NCBI GenBank assembly: GCA_040285825.1
Contig: JAUPSS010000009.1
Span: forward strand, 186,001-250,000
DNA length: 64,000 nucleotides
Source of the DNA: Eukaryota sp. TZLM1-RC
Lineage: Eukaryota; Protista; Metamonada: BaSk clade
Direction of reading: 5' to 3'
The notes under the pieces were generated by a model. It did no database searches, was not told the origin of the DNA, and saw nothing but the letters and a program-made list of their open reading frames with translations. The position numbers were made by a program, and so were the translations under genes. Below, piece after piece: positions 56,295 to 64,000 of this stretch; the first letter of the stretch is position 1, and the number at the start of each line of letters is the position of its first letter.

Positions 56295-58472
56295 TGTGTC
56301 CCTGTTAATAATTTGTTCGAACCGGATTATGGGAAGAGTATGTTTGTATTGTATTTGTTGCCCAATGCGTCCTACGTTGAACGACAGAATACATGTTGCA
56401 ATCTCCAGCGATTTTGTAGATACATTATTTGCAGGTAAAACTGAATAGTATCTTCACTATTGATTGATATATGGCATTGTTCAGCTAAATTTGCAGTAAT
56501 AGCTGAACAAAAAGCAGCCGATCAATAGTCGCAATCATTTTAATATCTTTTATTGATATGTCCAGTCTTTGGTTTTCACTTAATCTAGAATAAATAATAA
56601 AAAATACTGTTGATATCAGAGCTGGTTTGGTGAAATTGTGGAGGAATTACAAGTTTTTGTTGGGATGTTGTTTAGTTGTTGACTAGGTTTCCGAAGTCGG
56701 CTGTTGATTAATTTTGATTGATTGCGTTAATGTATACTCGATTTGGAAAGTTGCCTGTCGTGTTATTCCTGTTGCCGTGGATGATCCGTCTGTGAAAACT
56801 GTGCTCGAACAAACCGGTTTGATCTTAGTAGGGAATGAATTTCTAATAATAAAAAGAATTTTGGTGTTATACATACTGTATTCTCCCGATTAGAGCACAC
56901 CCCCCTTCCGATTAGAGCACCTCCCCAAGGGGTGCTCTATAACAGAGCGCTCTTGAATAGAGCACCCTCATACTTGACTAAAATCAACTGCAGTCAATAG
57001 TATTTGTTAAACTGTATTTCTAACAACTTAGCAAATTACAATAAATACTGGAAAGTGGATGAACAATTTGATATTCTATTCCTTCTTCTCACATGGTTTC
57101 TAGAAATCATCGTCGAAGTCCGGATTCTCCTTCCCAACCAATCCGTCGTCCCAAAAAAATGGCTCGCTTATCTGTTTCAATGGGCTTCAAACAAAAGGTT
57201 CTGTCAGACCTTGAAATCCTCGGAAAAACTCCTACCTTACAACGATACAAATCTATCTCTTCTCGTCAACTTAAAGACTGGCTTCGGGACGAAGAGGCCA
57301 TCTTTCTGTCTGATCCCAAGGCTTTCAGACTCTCTGGGGCCGGAATGAAGCCACTAAGTTTTTTTAAAAAAGTAATTTGGATTATAATGTGGTATCCTCT
57401 CGAATAGAGCACCCCTGAATAGAGCCTCTAATTGGGTGAAGGGGTGCTCTAAAATAGAGCCTGGTGCTCTAATCGGGAGAATACAGTAATATTGATCTCT
57501 GTCTTTATGTCCTCTAAAATGGCCTCCACAGCCTCTATGTCTAAACCTATTTACACCCTTACTACGGCGACCTTGGGTCCTTTTTACACTGTCTCTATCA
57601 GCAGGCTCATCGAATTGTCCAATTTTGAGTCTCTGCTCCTTTGGGACTTTACTTCTAGCACAATGAGGCCCTTTACGTTCAATTACATTATGACCGATGG
57701 GATTGTTGCCTTCGACGTTGCGACGGAAGGTACAGAATTTCGAGCCATCTCGAATGTGTCTTTCGGGGATGTATCTATGTTGAGGAGTTCCTTTAAACTG
57801 TCCTCTTGTGCGCCTTGCTCGTTTCGTTGGAACTTGAGTTGATGAAATTACTCCTCTTGAGTAAATTCTCATCGCTGTTAGTCTCAAGGGTATGTCCTCT
57901 TTATTAGCTCTGTTCCTAAATATGTCCATTGTGGGTTTGTTTCCTGCAGTAAACATGCTTGGATTCCAGTTTTGAGAAGGGGGAGAGAACGGAGTCTGTT
58001 TTCGTTACCTCCGGTGAGAAAACTTATTTTCTGAGTAGAGAGGGAGCCATGTCCGTTCTCCTAGTCTCCTTAACCGAATTTGGATAAGCAAAAGAGGTGG
58101 TATTCGTGCCTGTTCCTTTGACATCTATTTTTGCAGAAGGTACCTCTTTTTTTTCGTTTTTTCGACTACCTTTTTAATGAAGGAGGAGGTGGGAACCGCG
58201 TTTGTTACCTCTTTGTTTTTATAATTGTGTTGTTGTTGTTGCTTCATGCTGCATGCTGTCAGAAGTATAAGAATCAGAGTTATTTTTCTGAAAGATGTCT
58301 GACATTCTGCTGATATCTGATGAATGGTACTGTAATGCTGGCTAAGCTATAGGCATATACGGTATACCGTTTGACTTAAAAATGGCCAATAATTGATGTT
58401 GCTTTAAGTCGAGAAGTCAAGATAAAGATGATTTATTTTTATTCATCTTATATAAGCCTTAGGGCGCAAACA
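56295..58472 (-). mobile_element. Decayed 5' part of a 79-bp-LTR family element (5' LTR 58397-58472, deleted gag, protease)
   Basis: LTR and leader homologous to 47780-47883; TAGNKPTMD...EDIPLRLTAM gag; protease-homologous DNA at 56295-56570. Confidence 0.9.
56876..57486 (+). mobile_element. Non-autonomous pogo/Tc2-like (Tc1-mariner) element nested in the retroelement
   Basis: TA TSD, perfect 23-bp TIR CTGTATTCTCCCGATTAGAGCAC, many TAGAGC(AC) subterminal repeats. ORF 57093-57407 resembles a transposase N-terminal HTH (FKQKV...QLKDW...RLSGAG.KP). Confidence 0.92.
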
Positions 58473-58906
58473 ATAGAATATATAAAGAATCGATTGTAGA
58501 AAAGTGATAATTATTCATTAAAAATGAGTTGATACAAATATGAGTGTACTTGTGGAAGTTATGGGCAAACTTGCTCATATGATCCAAATGCTGAATTTAA
58601 AGAATGGTATGTATTGATCCTACCTAGTATTGCTCACAAGGTTATTGTCGTTGTGGAGGTGTTGCACCTTGTGATGGATAGTTAACATTAAATAAAATTG
58701 AACATGACGATTATTGTGGTATGGACTAGTGTGGTTGTCTATGCTAAAATCCTCATGTGATGGTCTTGGCTGGTTAGTATCAGACATAACTGGAGAAATC
58801 TAAGGAGATTTATTACCAAGAGGAATTGCATTCTCTCTTCTTGAACTAATAGGCGGAATACTAATAAACTATATAAATAAACTATAAATACTATTCAAGA
58901 CTAACA

Positions 58907-61900
58907 CTGCCTTTTCCTCTCCTTCGAGCGACGAGCCCTGGAAGCTCTAGTCACAGGAGGTGAACCATTGGAATTGGTACGCTTCTTGGGAGGAGCGGAT
59001 TTAGTAAGGCGACGTGCCTTTGAAGTCTTGATAAAGTCTTAATCCGCGGCAGTATTTTGGATTGTAGACACGTGTTCAGTGGTGATCTCTTTTTCAGGCC
59101 ATTGCACTTGGCAAAAGTCACCGTCCTGACTGAGCACTTTTTCAATGATGTGTTCTTCGACATCACCTGCAGCGACCCAGGAGTGGAACTCATCGTTGGT
59201 GGGCAAGCTGGAGTGCCAGGGTGCTAAATGTTTGACGCTAGCTTGGACAATCGCACCGGTGCAGAGATTCTTAATGTTCACAGACGAATTGGATACAATT
59301 TCAGTAATTAGGAAAGGTCCTAAATAATCCCCATGTAGCTTAGCGGAGGAGCTGGAAGCTCGTAATACCAATTGACCAACTTCAAAAGGATTTGGAGTTG
59401 TGGATCTAGTTAGCTTGGAAGCCTTGGAAGCTTGATGGTGTGCTGCCTTTTCCTGTTTTTCTTTCAACCTTCGAAATTTAAATTGGATTTCGTGAATGAA
59501 AGATGACTCAGACGTCGAGCTTTCAATGATTTCAAGAATTTTGCCAGGGTCTGATCTAGGAGACACATCTGAGCCAAAGATCACTTGGTATGGAGTGTGG
59601 TTAGTTATTGAGCTCTTGGACGAGTTGATCAATAATTGCACATAAGGCAAGTATTCAGACCACACATCGTAGGCGTTGAAGTCTACGAGCAATTTCCTTA
59701 GGTTTTGCAGAATGTCTCTGTGCCGGCGCTCTACCAAGCCGTTGGACTGAGAAAACCTAGGTATTGACTTTGACACCTCTATGCCTAAAAATTTGCTTAG
59801 TTCGTCAAAGACAGCTTTGGAAAATTCGGGTCCATTATCACTGTGTATTTAAAATGGAACACCAAAGATGGCACAGACTTTCCAAATTAATGCATCTGCA
59901 GTAAGATTGGCATTTATCTCTTTTAAAGGCACGATGATCGTAAACCTAGATAAGCTGTCAATAAATACGAGGATGTATTTGTAGCCTTCTTGATCTTCTG
60001 GAAGAGAACCAATAACGTCGGCGTTGACGCGAGCAAAAGGTCTGTCAGCCCACAATGAACCGGTTGGGGAAACATGCAGTTTGGGAACTGGCTTAGTTTT
60101 CTGCCAGGAGGGGCATTCTTGGACGTGCTTATTCATGTCGGTGAGCATGTTTGGCCACCAATAATCGCTGTTCCTGAGCTTGTTTAGGCTTTCAGCTTTG
60201 CTTGGATGGCCTCCTTGCAGAAGTCCGTGCAACAAGTTAAGGGTGTCCTTAACGAGTGATTTGGGAATCACTATCTTGTTGTCGTGAGTCATATATAAAT
60301 CAAGATGATTGTTATGAACACAGTTGTTGAAAGAGGAGTCTTTGGAAGCTATGGCAAGCTTCTGTTCGGACCTAATCCTACAGAGCCATGGCTCGAAAAT
60401 AGGCAGGTCGTTGGAACATCGTTCTCTGATGACCATGATACGTTCGAAGTTGTTTAAGTCTTCGATGTAGTATCTTTCATTTTCTGTTCTATCAATTTTA
60501 TCGATGTAAAATATTGGATGAAAATTTGGAGACATTTGATGGGACAAATGATTGATCTCTTGATGGTCTATAGGCGGAACTATTCGAGACAACATAGCAG
60601 CCCAGAAGTTATCTTCCCCTTTGGTATGTACCAAATCAAAGCAGAATTCGGAGAATATGGGTAACCATCTAGTTACAATTCTGTTCTTCTCAGGAGCCGT
60701 GAACATGTAGGTAAGGTTTTGATGGTCTGTGAATATGACCAGTTTCCTTCCTTTCAAGTAGTTTTCAAAACCACTTTGAGTTAACATGAGCAGGATGGCA
60801 TAGAGTTCTTTTTGGTTTGTCGGCCAGTTCTTTTGCGAGTGGTTAACAACCGGCTGAATAAGCTGATGGGCCTACATTTCCTGTTGATCAGGGGGTACCG
60901 GGGTCGTCGACTTGTTCCATTTGTTCCCATATGACGCCGCCTACAGCTATGTCGGATGCATCGCAACGAATTAAAATTTGGTTTTCCAGAGGAGGTAAGC
61001 TGAGCGGCATGTGCTTCGCTATCAGTTGTTTGATCTTTTGGAGGAGTTCGTCGTGCGTGTCGGTCCATTGTAGGCGTTGCGCGCGGGGTTTGGAATTAAC
61101 GATGGAGTAGTTTCCATCCTTCTTAGTCAATCTGATAATAGGAGCGATGAGCTCAGATACCTGAGGAAGCCATTCTCTAATGAAGTTGACTGATCCTCCG
61201 AGGCTGCGAACGTCTTTGATTGTCTTCGGTCAAGGTAGATTCAACAAAGATTCAACACGAGTGGGATCGATAGTCCGTTTTTTGTTTTGGAAAACACTGC
61301 CCAGTATCTTAATTGGGTGTCTGGAAGACACAAAATGGCACTTTGGAAGTCCCAAGGAAACTCTTTTGCATCTGGCTTGATCAAGGACGCGACGGAGTCG
61401 TTCAATGAATTCGTCAAAGGTTGAACCTATGATTATGATGTCATCTATGTAAATGAAGACATCGTCTCCAGAGAAGATGTCAGCCATGACGTTTTGGAAA
61501 ACGGCTGGGACATTCTTGAGGCCAAAGGCTGCGCGTTTGAACATGAGACTTTTGCCAGTCCTTTTCAGCAATCTTGAGTTGCCAAAAGGCTTTGGGGAGG
61601 TCAAGGGTGCCTATGTAGTTCGCTTGGGAGAGAAATACCAGCACATCGCATATCCTTGGAAGGTTGGGCTCAACAGGGATGGTGTTGCCACTATAATCAC
61701 CAGTAAGGCGGGGCTTACGGTGATCTGGGTAGACCACTAGACAGACAGGGGAGCTGAACTCATGGTTTGATGGGACAGCAAATCCTGAGTCTACGAGTTA
61801 AAATTTGGATAGCGACCTCTAGCCTGGCTGGATTCAGGGTCCTGGGGGGTCTTCTAACTCTGACGTCTTCATTGTAGAAGTTGATTTCCATGGGAGGGCA

Positions 61901-62032
61901 ATCTATACCTTCAGCATGAGGCTTGAGGGTAAATACGTCTTCGAACTCTTTCAAAGTTTGAAGTAGGGACTTCTTGAAATGGTCGTTGTCGAGGTTGATG
62001 GTACAACCAGATGAGTTGATGTGTTCCTCCAA
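58907..62032 (-). mobile_element. Second Ty3/Gypsy chromodomain family; frameshifted pol, 5'-truncated
   Basis: RT (LDLPKAFWQ, YIDD), RNase H (CDASD), integrase (WWPNM, DNGPEF, NGLVERRH), chromo-like tail, PPT ending GGCAG|TGTT at 58907/58906. Confidence 0.92.
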
Positions 62033-62213
62033 AAATAGCTGCCTTCATTTTAAAGGAACATACATGTGTGTTCTCCCCTAGGAGGATGCAAAAGATGTCC
62101 AATAAGGAACGCAGTATAGCCAACCATGCCACAAAGAGCAAAAAAAGATGAGAAACAGCAGAGTTGTAAGTAGGAAAATGAAGTTCTGCTTTCCAATAAT
62201 TTAATCGGATACC

Positions 62214-64000
62214 ATGTCACATTTTGTGTTAGATATTTACAGGGGTGTTCGTGAGAGAGAGTTGGTGAACCGCCATGACACCATCATATCGTTCTGCTGC
62301 AACTTGTGCGCACAGCTCTCTGTACTTCCCAATTTTCGCCATTCTAAGGAAGTTCAAAAACCGGAAGTCAGTGCCATTGTTGGTACAAGAGGGTCAGGAA
62401 AGACGACTTTTGGTTCTACACTGTTTCATTCGTTTACGGATGCTCTACTTCTTGAAAATATGTGTTCTTCTGCTATGTCTCTTGGTTTAGATAGCCCAAT
62501 GCCCCATTTTCTGTTGTATCTCTTCTTCTCTGGACGCTTTGCCGCTTTGGAATTGACTACTGCTCCATATGATCTTGATCAATATGCAACCTGGCTTTTG
62601 AAGTATCTTGCAGTCTATTTTGATGTCAAAGATTCATCATTAGCTTTCTCTGACGAATCTGTCAGTGAACAATTTGTTGACCATCTGAGGTCTCTCCTTG
62701 CAAAGGTTGATTTTTCGTTCACTTGTGATGACGCAGAACTGTCCATTTCTCTTCAACAACACTTTTCATCTGATGCAGAAGCACTTGATTTCTATAGAAA
62801 AGTCACTAATTGTCCAGATGCTGAACTTCCCTTAATAGTTTTTATGGACGAAATGTCTGGTGCTAGTTCTTCTGGATCTTCTTCTATGCAGAACATTTAT
62901 CCTCTTATTGATTACATTGTCCGTTCTGGTACTGGCTTGGTCTATGTTGCAGGTCTTCACAAGGAATACATTTGTGATTCTCTTTCAAATTCACAGTTTG
63001 TAGCTGTTCCCTACCGTCTACCAGTTATTGCTAGCTTGGACCACCTACAGCAGTTTTTGAATACTGCTCCTGAATTAAGAAATGTTCAATACGATAAGGC
63101 CGAAGCTCTGAAGACTTTAATTAAGTGTTGTGGCAATCCTAGGACCATTGTTTCTGCCATTAAGTCTTTTGCTAAACATAAATTGTGGAAGGTTCCATCT
63201 TCCTCGGCTACTTCTGGCTCTTCGTCTTTTCAGTTGGCAGCATTGGTAGCCTTGCCCCTCCAGATAAATGTTGATTCTTTTTTAGGTCAGTCCATGAAGC
63301 AACTTGAACTCGAAGCGAATCTAATGTTGGCACCAATGGTGTTACCTCCAAGGCACTATCTCCGGCACTCTGACAAGGAGAAGTACAGTCTGACATCCTT
63401 TCATTGTTTTTTGGACGCTATCAACTTTGAACCTATTGGACCATATTCAATAGAGACTGTGTTTGAAGAGGTTTTCAATGAGGCTGTCCGTCGCTTTTGT
63501 TTACCTGGGAACTCTAAATCATTCCATAAAGTGGGCATACATCTCGAAAAGGTTGTTTATTTCATTTTGATGTATCGGAATTGGCTGTTTCGAAAGGCCA
63601 TCCGACCAGGTGCTTTGTCTACCCCACTGTTCTACCTCTTTGGCCCCAGTCATACTTCTCCTTCCCCAGATTCGGTACTGTGGGGGTTGGAGCTTGTTAA
63701 GTTGTCATTGCCTGTTGCTGTTCCTGAGGAACTTCCTTTTAAAATCGAAATTTCCAATACTGAAAACCTCACAGGCAGACTTGAACACTACATTGGCTCT
63801 GTTGTTCTCAATGGTGATTGTGCTCAAGGACCAGATCTCATTATTTTATCCAAGGATGGTACAAGAATTGGTATTGATGTTAAGAGCAAGTCATGTAACC
63901 ACCCGATCAAGCAGTTTGCTCAACAATTCATATATTGTCTAGCTGCTAATCCCCCCATTCCCGTTCTTTTTTCAATTAGATGTGTGGAGACTGTTGCTGA
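62214..64000 (+). CDS. P-loop NTPase + PD-(D/E)xK nuclease protein (Crinkler/RHS-type NTPase-REase architecture), runs off the window
   Basis: Manually translated open frame of ~595 codons, absent from the ORF track: LVNR, Walker A GTRGSGKT, Walker B LIVFMDE, CGNPR, then GPDLIIL...IGIDVK. Confidence 0.8.
   Translation, partial: MSHFVLDIYRGVRERELVNRHDTIISFCCNLCAQLSVLPNFRHSKEVQKPEVSAIVGTRGSGKTTFGSTLFHSFTDALLLENMCSSAMSLGLDSPMPHFLLYLFFSGRFAALELTTAPYDLDQYATWLLKYLAVYFDVKDSSLAFSDESVSEQFVDHLRSLLAKVDFSFTCDDAELSISLQQHFSSDAEALDFYRKVTNCPDAELPLIVFMDEMSGASSSGSSSMQNIYPLIDYIVRSGTGLVYVAGLHKEYICDSLSNSQFVAVPYRLPVIASLDHLQQFLNTAPELRNVQYDKAEALKTLIKCCGNPRTIVSAIKSFAKHKLWKVPSSSATSGSSSFQLAALVALPLQINVDSFLGQSMKQLELEANLMLAPMVLPPRHYLRHSDKEKYSLTSFHCFLDAINFEPIGPYSIETVFEEVFNEAVRRFCLPGNSKSFHKVGIHLEKVVYFILMYRNWLFRKAIRPGALSTPLFYLFGPSHTSPSPDSVLWGLELVKLSLPVAVPEELPFKIEISNTENLTGRLEHYIGSVVLNGDCAQGPDLIILSKDGTRIGIDVKSKSCNHPIKQFAQQFIYCLAANPPIPVLFSIRCVETVA

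Noticed and set aside
1-64000. Alternative genetic code or stop readthrough to explain split ORFs; tRNA/rRNA genes
   Set aside because: Conserved genes end normally at TAG, TAA and TGA; splits are explained by introns, frameshifts or decay. No tRNA or rRNA pattern was recognised.

Overview
AT-rich, intron-poor eukaryotic DNA. CFAP57 points to a flagellated protist; the genetic code is standard and the two introns found are 33-34 nt and start GTTTGT. The left ~31 kb is gene-dense: pyruvate kinase 3' end, a large processive GT2 glycosyltransferase, a DOCK GEF, EFM7/NNT1, a TPR-SET protein, a coiled-coil protein, a tandem-repeat protein, ARP4 and CFAP57. The right ~33 kb is mostly transposon debris: a near-intact Ty3/Gypsy chromodomain element with 79-bp LTRs and an inverted integrase core, several decayed relatives, hAT and pogo derivatives, and RLE non-LTR remnants. 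Interspersed genes are EME1, a YnjE-type rhodanese, an RCC1-repeat protein and two STAND-like NTPases. The main find is a 3.76-kb Mutator-like element (14867-18627, 9-bp TSD AAATAAAAA). It carries a Fanzor1-type RuvC nuclease split by one frameshift, followed by a strongly base-paired non-coding tract running into the terminal repeat, i.e. a candidate omega-RNA. This looks like a eukaryotic RNA-guided endonuclease system. All calls come from reading motifs by eye; no database search was run.
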